DNA of 62,995 nucleotides, filler included, from Octopus bimaculoides (Eukaryota), in NCBI RefSeq assembly GCF_001194135.2. It is 6 parts of 6 records of this genome, joined end to end, with 100 filler letters (N's around TTAATTAATTAA, not from the genome) between each part and the next. Parts side by side here need not be neighbours in the genome. Positions count along the whole stretch, not along the records: positions 23,874 to 39,983 come from NC_068991.1; positions 40,084 to 53,948 come from NC_068986.1; 4 more parts are not named here. One strand, given 5' to 3'. Positions 26,506-40,298 of this stretch are shown one piece after another (within the stretch, counting starts at the first letter, position 1; every line of letters starts with the position of its first letter). A program made the position numbers and the translations under genes. The notes beneath the pieces are model-generated. The model made no database searches, had not been told where the DNA came from, and saw nothing but the letters and a program-made list of their open reading frames with translations.

Positions 26506-27152
26506 ATAATACTTTGTATTTTCACCTGCCTAAATTGCTTATCCTTATGCTTACAATTCCTTCTCTAACCACTCAAGTTTAAACCCCTCGAGCACTTCTT
26601 AGTGCATTTTATGTGGTGAATATTTGATCCTCATCTATGAACTATATACATGAATGTTTATGTGTACAGAAAGCGTGAACAGTATGTATGTGTTTATTAT
26701 TGGCGTAATACCCCTGCCGCGATATATAAAAAGAAATCTGTTTGAGCACTAGCATTCACATAGAATATCTTGCATACCAAATACAAAAATGGGATGTTGT
26801 GATATTAATGAATTAATTACAATGTCTTCCGTACTACAACATATATATTAGCGCCCCCTTTACAGTCAGTAATATACAGTTAATCTTATCCTTAACAGTG
26901 GTACTGTGAAAACAGTATTTCACATACCTCGGAGACGGCTTCTAAAGGAATTTAGTCTTGCTTCCTTGTCGTTGTTTCTTTGTCCATCAAAAGTATACTT
27001 TTAAAAAAAACACCATCACTAGGCTCTCACAAACGCACACATGTTTACGTACACGGACAGCATATTTTATATTATTTATCAGTATGACTGTCCGTCTGTC
27101 TCTGACGTACAGCGCTCTCAGTTTCTCAGAGGAAGTGCGAGCGAGCGAAAGG

Positions 27153-27203
<51 letters not shown>

Positions 27204-28034
27204 NNNNNNNNNNNNNNNNNNNNNNNNNNNNNNNNNNNNNNNNNNNNNNNNNNNNNNNNNNNNNNNNNNNNNNNNNNNNNNNNNNNNNNNNNNNNNNNNN
27301 NNNNNNNNNNNNNNNNNNNNNNNNNNNNNNNNNNNNNNNNNNNNNNNNNNNNNNNNNNNNNNNNNNNNNNNNNNNNNNNNNNNNNNNNNNNNNNNNNNNN
27401 NNNNNNNNNNNNNNNNNNNNNNNNNNNNNNNNNNNNNNNNNNNNNNNNNNNNNNNNNNNNNNNNNNNNNNNNNNNNNNNNNNNNNNNNNNNNNNNNNNNN
27501 NNNNNNNNNNNNNNNNNNNNNNNNNNNNNNNNNNNNNNNNNNNNNNNNNNNNNNNNNNNNNNNNNNNNNNNNNNNNNNNNNNNNNNNNNNNNNNNNNNNN
27601 NNNNNNNNNNNNNNNNNNNNNNNNNNNNNNNNNNNNNNNNNNNNNNNNNNNNNNNNNNNNNNNNNNNNNNNNNNNNNNNNNNNNNNNNNNNNNNNNNNNN
27701 NNNNNNNNNNNNNNNNNNNNNNNNNNNNNNNNNNNNNNNNNNNNNNNNNNNNNNNNNNNNNNNNNNNNNNNNNNNNNNNNNNNNNNNNNNNNNNNNNNNN
27801 NNNNNNNNNNNNNNNNNNNNNNNNNNNNNNNNNNNNNNNNNNNNNNNNNNNNNNNNNNNNNNNNNNNNNNNNNNNNNNNNNNNNNNNNNNNNNNNNNNNN
27901 NNNNNNNNNNNNNNNNNNNNNNNNNNNNNNNNNNNNNNNNNNNNNNNNNNNNNNNNNNNNNNNNNNNNNNNNNNNNNNNNNNNNNNNNNNNNNNNNNNNN
28001 NNNNNNNNNNNNNNNNNNNNNNNNNNNNNNNNNN

Positions 28035-28125
<91 letters not shown>

Positions 28126-28744
28126 CTTAATTCTTTGAAAATGCTCAATTACTGACTAAAAATTAATTAGAGACACTAAACATGTGTATGTGTGAGAAAT
28201 AAAACAGTTAATGAGAATCTACACTTTCTCAGAATAAAAATGCTGCCGATGCTTGGGCGTGGTACATTTACATAAGTAATAAGTTTATATATGTAGTATA
28301 CTCATTTACGTATGTATGTATGTAATGGATGTATATAAACAATTTACGTGTGTATGTAATGGACGTATATAAATAATGTAATGAACATATATAACAACAT
28401 ATGTATGTTTTTATATAGTTTTATTACTAGATTTCGTGGCATTGGAGACAGAGAGTGTTTCTAAATGAGATCCAAGTAAGTCAACAAGATTTCTGCCAAC
28501 GCTTATGTGGATATATTGTTATTCTTATGAAGAAATATTATCCTCCAACCAAAATCTTTTAAGACTTCATGTCGGCGAACAGATAGATTTTGATATAAGT
28601 GCATGTGTGTCTATTTGCTAGCGTTTGGAATTAGTCCATGTGCAGAGCTACATGTTTGCTACTTGTTTCTTTTTATATATTCATAGGTATACTTATAGCT
28701 ATAGATGCATGTGTACGCATATGCACATGTACTTTTGAAAAACG

Positions 28745-28915
28745 TGCTTGCGTGGGTGTGCGGTAAGAAGCTTGCTTCCCAACCACATGGTTCTGGGTTC
28801 AGTCCCACTGCATGACACCTTGGACAGGAGTCTTCTACTAGAGCCTCGGGGTGACCAAATCCTTGTGGGTCAATTTGGTAGACAGAAACTGAACGAAGAT
28901 CGTCGTATATACGTG
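28745..28915 (+). mobile_element. SINE family A 5' half
   Basis: GGTAAGAAGCTTGCTTCCCAACCACATGGTTCTGGGTTCAGTCCCACTGC...GGTAGACAGAAACTGAA. Confidence 0.85.
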
Positions 28916-29224
28916 TACATATATAAAAGAAGAAAAAGAAAATTGAGATGGTGAAGTTAATAACTGTTTATTATTAACAACAAATCAATCATAATCCCTT
29001 ACAGCTGTTTCAATTAATATTCAATGAATTAATTAAATATTAAATTCATATACTCTGAGCATAATATCTTCAAAGTGAAAAATGTACCCTCGGATGTTTT
29101 ATATATGTTTATGGATTCATTATAGCAGATGGTTTTACATGTATACCTATTATTTTAAGGAAATTAATTCCTCCAAAATATTAGGTACTGCATCAGTATT
29201 TCCTTGGATGATACTATCCCTTCA

Positions 29225-29640
29225 TGACACTATCCCGTGTACCTGTGTATGTCTGTGTTTTGCCCTCCCCCCATCACCGCTTGACAACCAGTATTGACGT
29301 CCCCGTAACATAGCGGTTCGGCAAAATAGATCGATAGTAAAGTACTAGACTTTACAAAAATAAGACCTGGGGTAGATTTGTTCGAGTAAAAGCTGATGCT
29401 CCAGCAACGCCGCAGTTACATGTCGGAAGCAAGTAGAAGAATAAGAGAATAAAATAAAGTATATAATATTTGCATGCGTGGATTGGTGGTTAAGAATGTT
29501 GCGTCGCATTTAATAGTTCCCGGTTTCGATGTTATTGCGTGGCATTCCGGGCAAGTGTTTTTGCCTTAGACTCGGCTGAATAAAGCCCCTAAGTAAAATT
29601 TGTGTTGATAAAACTCTGAGGAAACCTTTGAATAGACCCT
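29225..29640 (+). mobile_element. SINE family A fragments (3' half followed by a second head)
   Basis: CGCTTGACAACC...GTCCCCGTAACATAGCGGTTCGGCAAAA (29225-29450), then a diverged head with GGGCAAGTG (29470-29640). Confidence 0.7.
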
Positions 29641-29744
29641 TTTTGTTATTCAAGAATCCAGCATTGTCGCAATCTGCTACTTCAAGAATACACATGTCCA
29701 TGGAATACTCGGGCACATCGCAAGTAAATTTGATACAGTCTGGC

Positions 29745-29900
29745 ACTCTGTCTATGAGGACGACGTGTGTTTCAGTGATTCGATTAACAGAAGAGATTGT
29801 TCATTAAATTAACGTACAATTCCCTGAGCAATCCACTGTCACGTGTATCCATAACATAGTTCTCAGAGAGATTCAGCGTGACACACAATGTGATAACTCA
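29745..29900 (-). mobile_element. SINE family C fragment
   Basis: AAATTAACGTAC...GTTCTCAGAGAGATTCAGCGTGACAC matches the 56308 copy. Confidence 0.7.
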
Positions 29901-30054
29901 TTTGTTGTCATGTAACTGGAAAAGATTAACGGAAAATAAAAAAAATAAAAAATTCAACGCACTGCCGGGAATCTAACTCGCGACCATGCGAACGTGAGCC
30001 GAAGATCCTCATCCCTAAGCTATGCACCTTCATCTGGAAGAGTTTTATTTTTTT

Positions 30055-30440
30055 ATTCTTTTATTTATTTCAGTCATTTGACTGCGGCCATGCTGGAGCA
30101 CCGCCTTTAGTCGAACAAATCAACCCTAGGACTTATTCTTTGTAAGTCTAGTACTTATTCTATCGGGCTCTTTTGCCGAACCGCTAAGTTACAGGGACGT
30201 AAACACATCAACATTGGCTGTCAAGCGATTGTGCGGAGACAAAGACAGATACACAGAGATACTCGCACCCACACACACATATACCCGACAAGCTTCTTTC
30301 AGTTTCCGTGTACTAAATCCACTCATAAGGCTTTGGACGGCCCGAGGCTATAGTAGAAGACACTTCCCCAAGGTGCCAGACAGTGGGACTGAACCTGGAA
30401 TCATGTGGTTTGGAAGGAAGCTACTTGCCACAGTCACGTC
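30055..30440 (-). mobile_element. SINE family A
   Basis: Colinear with 2825-3309. Confidence 0.88.
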
Positions 30441-30499
30441 TGTTCACAATCGGACAGATGGACGCTCATATCTGAATATGGCCATATGAATTATGAATT

Positions 30500-31253
30500 C
30501 AATTGCCAACATAATATGGCTGTCCTGTTAGCGACGTTGTTACTGTTTATTAGCCTAAAGAAACATCGTTTCCAGCTGGCGGTACGACTCAATACCTGTG
30601 TCCTTATATTTTCGAACCGGGAATACAGCATCCCCGCCTCAGCACAAAACAACATCTATGGACTAGATCCAGTGTTATTACCCTTCATCAACAGAGGGTA
30701 GCTACTTGGCTAGGTGAATTTTTTATTAAGATAATTATTATCGTAGACAGAGGGGGACAAACAATTATTGTTTCATATGATACTTGATTTTAAAAAAATT
30801 TAGAATGATATATAATTTGAGTTTTGGGGGGTAAAACTTGATGGGCTGAAGAGCCCAGCGACTACACCTTTTTCTTTTTCCATGAGGATTAATCAGGGTC
30901 ACTTGCACCCACCTTTCTTACAACCTTCCATCTTTCGTCAAACACACCTCGCGACAGTCATCTCCTCTCCAGCCCTATCTTAGTTGCTTGGCTATGTGGC
31001 GTTGCGGAATTCACGTTTCGAACATATAGATTTCAACGAGACACACTGGCACTGATCTACAAACAGAAGTAGCAATATTTCTCAGAGAGGGACATACTGC
31101 AACATCGCTTTAAAGTAAAATTTCATTACCAACACAATATGGCTGTCCTGTAGAGGACGTTGTTACTGTCTGTTAGCCCCAAGGAACTTCGTTTCCAGCT
31201 GGCTATACGACACATTGTCTGTGTCCTTATGTTTTCGAACCTGGAATTCAGCA
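30500..31253. repeat. Pair of ~130-bp direct repeats (30500-30630 and 31123-31253)
   Basis: CCAACA(T/C)AATATGGCTGTCCTG...GACGTTGTTACTG...CGTTTCCAGCTGGC...TGTGTCCTTAT.TTTTCGAACC is present twice. Confidence 0.75.
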
Positions 31254-31269
31254 GATAATTTTTAAAGAA

Positions 31270-31500
31270 ATTCTCATACTGGTTGATGTGTCCCAAATAA
31301 CTACATGTGGCTTGTTATATTTGCACTGCATGGTATTTTTGATGGGAATGTTCCGCCAATATTCCCTGGATTGATATGTATGCCTGTATTTAATAACACT
31401 GTTGTTATCTGCGTTTACCCCTGGGCAGTCTTAACTAAGGATGGCATTGTATATTGTTTTAGAAACAACATCATGTCGCGATGGGAGGTAGTAGCATCAA
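31270..31500 (-). pseudogene. R4-type RLE LINE fragment (family D2)
   Basis: YYLPSRHDVVSKTIYNAIL...EYWRNIPIKNTMQCKYNKPHVVIWD is homologous to the 43400-43600 region. Confidence 0.82.
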
Positions 31501-32429
31501 GTATGCACATATAAATATATCTGTATATATATGTGCTTGAATGAATATATGTTTGTTTGTATGTATGGATATAAGTATATATTTATGTATGTCAGAGTGT
31601 ATGTACATGAGTAGATTGCGTATGTATATATATGTATCGGTTTGGCTGTGTATACGTGTATGTATATTCTTTTACCAATATCTCATTTATGCATCACTTA
31701 ATTTTCATCTTACGTTTCAATATTTCCTTACAATCTCTGCTTTCCTTTAAAAATACTTTAAAACTCGTTCTCATTTTTTCTCACTTTCTGCCTCATTCTC
31801 GATTTTTCTCACTTCCCACTTTCTTTTAATTCTTGTTTTTGTTTTTATATTTTTTCTGTTTCACTTTTACTCCATTAAATCTTTAACATTTATTTATTCT
31901 CTAATGCTTGTATATATATATTTTTTTCTTTTAAGACTGTTTAAATTTCTTTTCCATTTTAGGAAATTTTTACTAAAAATTTTCTTCTACCTTTTCAATT
32001 TATGCTGACATTTCTACCTAATCTTATCCAAAATCCTTTCCACTGCTTCTAATCCATTAGCGAATTCTACCTGTATACATTTATCAAACCTTACAAAACA
32101 CAACTCTATTTTACTCACTTTATATGTATATATACATATATATACTTGCGTGTTTCTATACATATATATGTATATATATATATATATATAATATATATAC
32201 ACATAAACATATATATATACACACAGACATGTTAATATACATATATGCGTGTGTATTTATAAATGCATAAGTGTATGCGTTTATATATATTGCACATATA
32301 AATATATAAATATCCATGCGTGTATATCTATATATCTATCTATATATATATATATATATAAACATCTGTATGTAGATGCGTAGTTACATGTATATATAAA
32401 TATATGCACACATATTTATATGTATATAT

Positions 32430-32508
<79 letters not shown>

Positions 32509-33505
32509 NNNNNNNNNNNNNNNNNNNNNNNNNNNNNNNNNNNNNNNNNNNNNNNNNNNNNNNNNNNNNNNNNNNNNNNNNNNNNNNNNNNNNNNNNNNN
32601 NNNNNNNNNNNNNNNNNNNNNNNNNNNNNNNNNNNNNNNNNNNNNNNNNNNNNNNNNNNNNNNNNNNNNNNNNNNNNNNNNNNNNNNNNNNNNNNNNNNN
32701 NNNNNNNNNNNNNNNNNNNNNNNNNNNNNNNNNNNNNNNNNNNNNNNNNNNNNNNNNNNNNNNNNNNNNNNNNNNNNNNNNNNNNNNNNNNNNNNNNNNN
32801 NNNNNNNNNNNNNNNNNNNNNNNNNNNNNNNNNNNNNNNNNNNNNNNNNNNNNNNNNNNNNNNNNNNNNNNNNNNNNNNNNNNNNNNNNNNNNNNNNNNN
32901 NNNNNNNNNNNNNNNNNNNNNNNNNNNNNNNNNNNNNNNNNNNNNNNNNNNNNNNNNNNNNNNNNNNNNNNNNNNNNNNNNNNNNNNNNNNNNNNNNNNN
33001 NNNNNNNNNNNNNNNNNNNNNNNNNNNNNNNNNNNNNNNNNNNNNNNNNNNNNNNNNNNNNNNNNNNNNNNNNNNNNNNNNNNNNNNNNNNNNNNNNNNN
33101 NNNNNNNNNNNNNNNNNNNNNNNNNNNNNNNNNNNNNNNNNNNNNNNNNNNNNNNNNNNNNNNNNNNNNNNNNNNNNNNNNNNNNNNNNNNNNNNNNNNN
33201 NNNNNNNNNNNNNNNNNNNNNNNNNNNNNNNNNNNNNNNNNNNNNNNNNNNNNNNNNNNNNNNNNNNNNNNNNNNNNNNNNNNNNNNNNNNNNNNNNNNN
33301 NNNNNNNNNNNNNNNNNNNNNNNNNNNNNNNNNNNNNNNNNNNNNNNNNNNNNNNNNNNNNNNNNNNNNNNNNNNNNNNNNNNNNNNNNNNNNNNNNNNN
33401 NNNNNNNNNNNNNNNNNNNNNNNNNNNNNNNNNNNNNNNNNNNNNNNNNNNNNNTATATATATATATACATATAAATACATACATATATATATATACATA
33501 TATAT

Positions 33506-33540
<35 letters not shown>

Positions 33541-34062
33541 CATATATATATACACACATATATATATATATATATTTATATATGTATGTATGTATATATA
33601 GTTATAGATATTTAAGTATGTATATATGTGTGTATATATATGGGTAATTTAATGTCTGTTATGAACTAATAACTCTAAAAACAGGAAGACCTCAACATAT
33701 ATTCAAAGAATACAAATGTCATTATGCAGTTAAAAACGGTTTCGTGCCAAGCCCGCATCTTTGTGATGGGAAAGACTTGAAAAGGGATGTGGGTTTCCGA
33801 GGTCATCAGGCGTATCTGTTGTGGTCAGTAAATTGTGCATGACTTTGTTGGTTAATATTTTGATTTGTTAAGTCGGGGCGCTGGACCTGGCCGAAACTAT
33901 GACACACCGGGCAAATTACTTAACAACATGTTATGAACCATTTGGAGGTCGTTAAAATGTGTTCTAGTTGAACTCCGGGGTCAATGTAATCAACCTAACC
34001 TCTCCCCGTAATCGCTGACTTTGTGCCAAAATTTCAAATCAATATTTACCTTCGTTGTTAAC

Positions 34063-34260
34063 TCAGTGATCTGGCAGAATCGTTAGCACGCCGATCAAAA
34101 TCGTTAGCCGCGTTTCGTTCCTCCTTCGCTTACTGAGTTTAATTTCCGCCGAGCTTTCGGCCTCGTTAAAATATGTACCAGTTTAGCATTGTGATTGCGG
34201 CAAACAACTTACACCTCCCATGAAAGGCTAGGTTTTGAGTCAAAATTTGAAACCGATATC
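34063..34260 (+). mobile_element. SINE family B (diverged)
   Basis: CTGGCAGAATCGTTAGCACGCCG...TGAGTTTAATTTCCGCCGAG...CAAAATTTGAAACC. Confidence 0.7.
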
Positions 34261-34873
34261 TATATTTGCTAGTTCTGTTTTACGAGCACAGTTGGTATTT
34301 GGTTATTGCTTGTAGATATGTTCTAGTGAGTGTATGTACAGAGTGTATGTACAGTGAGTGTATGTACCGAGCAGTGTGTATGTTTTACATATAAAAATAT
34401 ATCAAAAGAAGTTTCAAATTGTTAGAGCATATGCCTGATAGAGAAAATGAAGTAACATAATTTGTAAGGAATTTTTTAGATTCCTTACAAGTGCAATCGC
34501 ATTATTTCGCCTTGTAGTAATTCTTAATCGCTTTGTATTTGATCGCAGATATCTGCCTACTATATACACCAAACCTCCAAATGAACACATCTTGTCCTGG
34601 GCCTCGAGAACAACAAACAACCGCAGGATCACTTCTATGTCTGCGTTTTCAATTATGAAAGAAAGCAAAATTTGATTGTATCTAAAAATTCGAAATTCTC
34701 TTTTTCCTCATATTTATATCTCGTTCTTTTTTTTTTGTCAAAAAGCCACAATTAATATATAATCAACTGTTGAAGAGTCTCTGTGTATAGCTAACTTTGT
34801 TAGAGGAATTAATTGGTATCATGTGAAGTTCATGGCTATCTAATTACCAACTAATCAATCAATCAATCAATTA

Positions 34874-34923
<50 letters not shown>

Positions 34924-35199
34924 TTATCTATCTATCTATAATTTCCTTTTTTATATATTTCTCTGCCTAACTACTTAGCTATCTCTCTAACCACGTCTCT
35001 CCTTCTCTCTCTCCTTCACTCACACTCTCTTTCTCTCTCCCTCTCTCCCCCTCTCCCCCTCTCTCTCTCTAGTTGTTAGGTAGATAGATAACGGACAGGC
35101 ATGTATATGTATGTATGTATGAATATGTCGGTGCGAATGATTTTGTTAAGCGGTGTCGAATTTATTTTACAATTCTGTAAATAACAATAATGGTATTTT

Positions 35200-35331
35200 A
35201 TAAGCTTAAAGCTTATAGCGATCACCGCGCTATGACTACGGAAAATAGTCTAATAATTTAATATATTTATATATATGTCCCATTATTTTCTTTAATCATT
35301 GCGTGGTGATCGCTATAAGCTTTGCGCTTAT
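35200..35331. repeat. 48-bp inverted repeat around a ~36-nt AT-rich loop
   Basis: ATAAGCTTAAAGCTTATAGCGATCACCGCGCTATGACTACGGAAAATA versus TATTTTCTTTAATCATTGCGTGGTGATCGCTATAAGCTTTGCGCTTAT. Confidence 0.8.
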
Positions 35332-36779
35332 GATATATGAAGCAGCGACTATATATAATAGTACAAAAACACAATAGAGGACAATATAATATTCGGACCG
35401 ATACACGATACAACGGTAGACAGAAAAAACAACAATTTGAGCGACAGGTAAAAAAGGACGGCTCATTCGTGACATTCTTTTGTCAGTCAAGTTACCAGAT
35501 ATCCCGACAGTTTCGGGCAGTTCCACTTGAGACTTCAATCTGGTTGCCCACAAAATGTCTAAGCTAAGAGCATGAGATTTTTTATAAGAAAGCAAGCGAA
35601 TGCGTATGACAACAAAGGCAAAAAGCAGACAACATGCTACACAATTACAAATACACAAATACAAATACACACACATATATATATATATANNNNNNNNNNN
35701 NNNNNNNNNNNNNNNNNNNNNNNNNNNNNNNNNNNNNNNNNNNNNNNNNNNNNNNNNNNNNNNNNNNNNNNNNNNNNNNNNNNNNNNNNNNNNNNNNNNN
35801 NNNNNNNNNNNNNNNNNNNNNNNNNNNNNNNNNNNNNNNNNNNNNNNNNNNNNNNNNNNNNNNNNNNNNNNNNNNNNNNNNNNNNNNNNNNNNNNNNNNN
35901 NNNNNNNNNNNNNNNNNNNNNNNNNNNNNNNNNNNNNNNNNNNNNNNNNNNNNNNNNNNNNNNNNNNNNNNNNNNNNNNNNNNNNNNNNNNNNNNNNNNN
36001 NNNNNNNNNNNNNNNNNNNNNNNNNNNNNNNNNNNNNNNNNNNNNNNNNNNNNNNNNNNNNATATATATATATATCTGTCTGTTTACATATTTATTGATG
36101 TGTACTTACGTAAACCCTTCTGCCCATGTACTCATCCATCACCATCTATGTTTACTGCTGTCCTCTATTAATCCCTTTTCGATCCATAAATCAAAATATG
36201 ACAGAGCGTCATTCTTTCCGTTAGTTCACCTGATGAATGAAGTAACTAACACAATTCCAGTAATAGTATTGGACTTCGTTCCATATATCACATTGATTTG
36301 TAATTGATCTGATCGACCGTTTGCGGCGAAGTTGTAAATACGCCAGGATAACAATTACTAGATATGCGGCTTGAATGTAACAATAGTGATCGAGAAGCAG
36401 GTCGATTAAGAAAATTTATATGTACCAGATGCATTGACTTCCTGTCATACCTTCTGGTATTTATCAAAAAATATTTGTGTACTCTACAAACTAGCATATA
36501 CAACATATACTAATAAATGCAATCTAGAACAGGCGACAAATTCAGAAATGATGCAAAGGTGGCTTGTAAAACGTCCGTTTCCAATAATAAACGCTGGTGA
36601 TTGATTCGACTTGATGATTGAATAATTAATGCAAACTAGTCGGGATTCACAGTACGGTTTGTATTATTCTTCCTTTCGACCACTGAACAATTAACATGGC
36701 TCGTCGGTCCTCAGTTCGTGTGCTTTTCGAGAGTCACCATCTCACCGCTATACAACAGTTAGTCGTAAAGTTACTGAAA

Positions 36780-36878
36780 TAGTTTTGTCCAGAACACAAG
36801 CCACCGCCGGTCTAGGAATCGAAGTCAAGATCTTGCGATCTTGAGGCTAGTATCCTAACCACTAAGCCACGCGCTTTA
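36780..36878 (-). mobile_element. tRNA-like SINE head
   Basis: Reverse complement reads GCGTGGCTTAGTGGTTAGGATACT...ACTTCGATTCCTAGACCGGCGG, with A- and B-box motifs. Confidence 0.65.
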
Positions 36879-37971
36879 ACTAAAGACGTGTTTCCTCTTT
36901 GTTTGAGGCTTGCACTCGCAAACATATCAACTACGATGCTGAACAATAAACTCTAAAACCCGAAGGAACTCACAGAAGGATATCTGCTAAATATAATGAA
37001 TTGCGTTAACAAAGAGGGTATCGTAAGGCAAAAACGCTAACAAATACCGCTTAACGCTCAGTTGAGGGCTAAAATGAGAGACCATTGCAGAGGTCATAAG
37101 AAGAAAGCAATTGTAATGATTCGGCTGTGTATTGAAACACTCACACAACAATTACGTGGCGCCTGCAAAAAAAGACGAAAAACTGATGTATGTATGTATG
37201 TATGTATGTTTGTATGTACGTATGTATGGATGTATGTATGTATGTATGTATGTATGTACATATGTACGTATGCTGAAAGCAAAAAAACGAGAAAAAGTGT
37301 ATTAATATAAAGCTTGAAAGAAATGGTAAAGACTGTTTCGCTAGAACTTCAGCAGAAAAAGAAAGGGGAATACACACACATATATATATATACGCATATA
37401 TTTATACATATATATATATATATATNNNNNNNNNNNNNNNNNNNNNNNNNNNNNNNNNNNNNNNNNNNNNNNNNNNNNNNNNNNNNNNNNNNNNNNNNNN
37501 NNNNNNNNNNNNNNNNNNNNNNNNNNNNNNNNNNNNNNNNNNNNNNNNNNNNNNNNNNNNNNNNNNNNNNNNNNNNNNNNNNNNNNNNNNNNNNNNNNNN
37601 NNNNNNNNNNNNNNNNNNNNNNNNNNNNNNNNNNNNNNNNNNNNNNNNNNNNNNNNNNNNNNNNNNNNNNNNNNNNNNNNNNNNNNNNNNNNNNNNNNNN
37701 NNNNNNNNNNNNNNNNNNNNNNNNNNNNNNNNNNNNNNNNNNNNNNNNNNNNNNNNNNNNNNNNNNNNNNNNNNNNNNNNNNNNNNNNNNNNNNNNNNNN
37801 NNNNNNNNNNNNNNNNNNNNNNNNNNNNNNNNNNNNNNNNNNNNNNNNNNNNNNNNNNNNNNNNNNNNNNNNNNNNNNNNNNNNNNNNNNNNNNNNNNNN
37901 NNNNNNNNNNNNNNNNNNNNNNNNNNNNNNNATATATACATATATATAAACATATATATATATATATATAT

Positions 37972-38021
<50 letters not shown>

Positions 38022-38457
38022 ACACAGAGGCACACACACGTAGGTGTGTGTGTGTATATACGATTATAGTTGTCCCTATTACAATAAATATCTTCAATAA
38101 ATAACCGCTAAAATGTGAATTTTGTTTCTAATAAAAATATTAAAACATAAGCAAATCCGTTTACACTTCAGACCTTATGCACCTTTAAACCGAGGTATAA
38201 ATGCATGCACGCACGCACGCACACACACACACATACACATACACACACGTACACACAAACACTCACACACACATGCATATGTGTGCGCATGTGTGTGCAC
38301 GTGCATGGGTGTGTGTGTGTCAGTAAGTGTGTATGGGTGTTTATAAGTGTGTGTGTAATGCTTGTATATACATATACACGCTTGAGTAATGAATATATTC
38401 ATAAAGGTATATAATGAAATGTGTATATTTGTATCGATGTATACACGCATATATATA

Positions 38458-38492
<35 letters not shown>

Positions 38493-39715
38493 NNNNNNNN
38501 NNNNNNNNNNNNNNNNNNNNNNNNNNNNNNNNNNNNNNNNNNNNNNNNNNNNNNNNNNNNNNNNNNNNNNNNNNNNNNNNNNNNNNNNNNNNNNNNNNNN
38601 NNNNNNNNNNNNNNNNNNNNNNNNNNNNNNNNNNNNNNNNNNNNNNNNNNNNNNNNNNNNNNNNNNNNNNNNNNNNNNNNNNNNNNNNNNNNNNNNNNNN
38701 NNNNNNNNNNNNNNNNNNNNNNNNNNNNNNNNNNNNNNNNNNNNNNNNNNNNNNNNNNNNNNNNNNNNNNNNNNNNNNNNNNNNNNNNNNNNNNNNNNNN
38801 NNNNNNNNNNNNNNNNNNNNNNNNNNNNNNNNNNNNNNNNNNNNNNNNNNNNNNNNNNNNNNNNNNNNNNNNNNNNNNNNNNNNNNNNNNNNNNNNNNNN
38901 NNNNNNNNNNNNNNNNNNNNNNNNNNNNNNNNNNNNNNNNNNNNNNNNNNNNNNNNNNNNNNNNNNNNNNNNNNNNNNNNNNNNNNNNNNNNNNNNNNNN
39001 NNNNNNNNNNNNNNNNNNNNNNNNNNNNNNNNNNNNNNNNNNNNNNNNNNNNNNNNNNNNNNNNNNNNNNNNNNNNNNNNNNNNNNNNNNNNNNNNNNNN
39101 NNNNNNNNNNNNNNNNNNNNNNNNNNNNNNNNNNNNNNNNNNNNNNNNNNNNNNNNNNNNNNNNNNNNNNNNNNNNNNNNNNNNNNNNNNNNNNNNNNNN
39201 NNNNNNNNNNNNNNNNNNNNNNNNNNNNNNNNNNNNNNNNNNNNNNNNNNNNNNNNNNNNNNNNNNNNNNNNNAACAGGAATAAGAAATCCCAAATATAT
39301 GAACATGTACACGCATGCGCATTGTATATATATGACGGTGCAGTGACACAGCTCCGTTTATCCATTTATGAAACTGCTTCTCTCTGGTGTTATTCGAAGT
39401 TTTTAAATGTCCCCTATCTTTTACATCTATGTCCACCAACATTCCTTAATTCCAATCACATACTTTGAAATTGCAGTCCATGTCTCTCTCACTCTCTCAC
39501 TCCCTCTCTCGCTCTCTCTCTGTCTGTCTGTCTGTCTTTCTTTTCCTCTCTGTTCCCTCCTCTTTCTGTCTCACTATGTTATGTCTCTTTTTGTCTCAGT
39601 GTCTCAATTTCTCCTTTTTTGTATATCACTTTACGTTTATTACTTCCTGTTTGAATTCTTCATTTCAGTCCCTTGTCACAGGGCGTACATCGTTGCCACC
39701 GTCTACGATCTCCTC

Positions 39716-39749
<34 letters not shown>

Positions 39750-40298
39750 CCAGCGTCATCATGGTCTTCATCATTCGCCACCTCCATCTCCTTTCTCCCC
39801 TCCCCTTCCTCCTCCTAACCTTCATCCTCCCGATTTCCACCTCCGCTTCCACCCCTTCCTCATCATCCTCATCATCATATTTATCATCACCATCAACAGC
39901 ATCTAGAACACGGCCATCTTCATGGTCGTCACGTCCATCATCATCATAATCATAATCCTCCTCCACCTCCTCCTCCTCGTCCTNNNNNNNNNNNNNNNNN
40001 NNNNNNNNNNNNNNNNNNNNNNNNNNNTTAATTAATTAANNNNNNNNNNNNNNNNNNNNNNNNNNNNNNNNNNNNNNNNNNNNTGTGAAGTATAGCAACA
40101 GTAACGACAGATTCCACAGTAGCAGTAACAGTAGCAGTGACAGCAACTCAGGCGGTGGAGGCCGCGGCAGGAGCAAAAATAGAGGTAGTGGCGGAGTAGT
40201 TGGCGGAAGCGGTGGTGGTGGTGGTTTCGCCGCCGCCGCCGCCGCCTCAAAAGAACGCTTTGCATTCTCTCCAGAGGATAAAGCCTCCAAATTAGCGA

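Noticed and set aside
33740-33815. CUGAUGA...GAAA on the minus strand
   Set aside because: Stems I and III cannot be formed in any hammerhead topology.
35370-35450. TIEDNIIFG, resembling an ABC-transporter motif
   Set aside because: The flanking residues do not match, and a stop follows.
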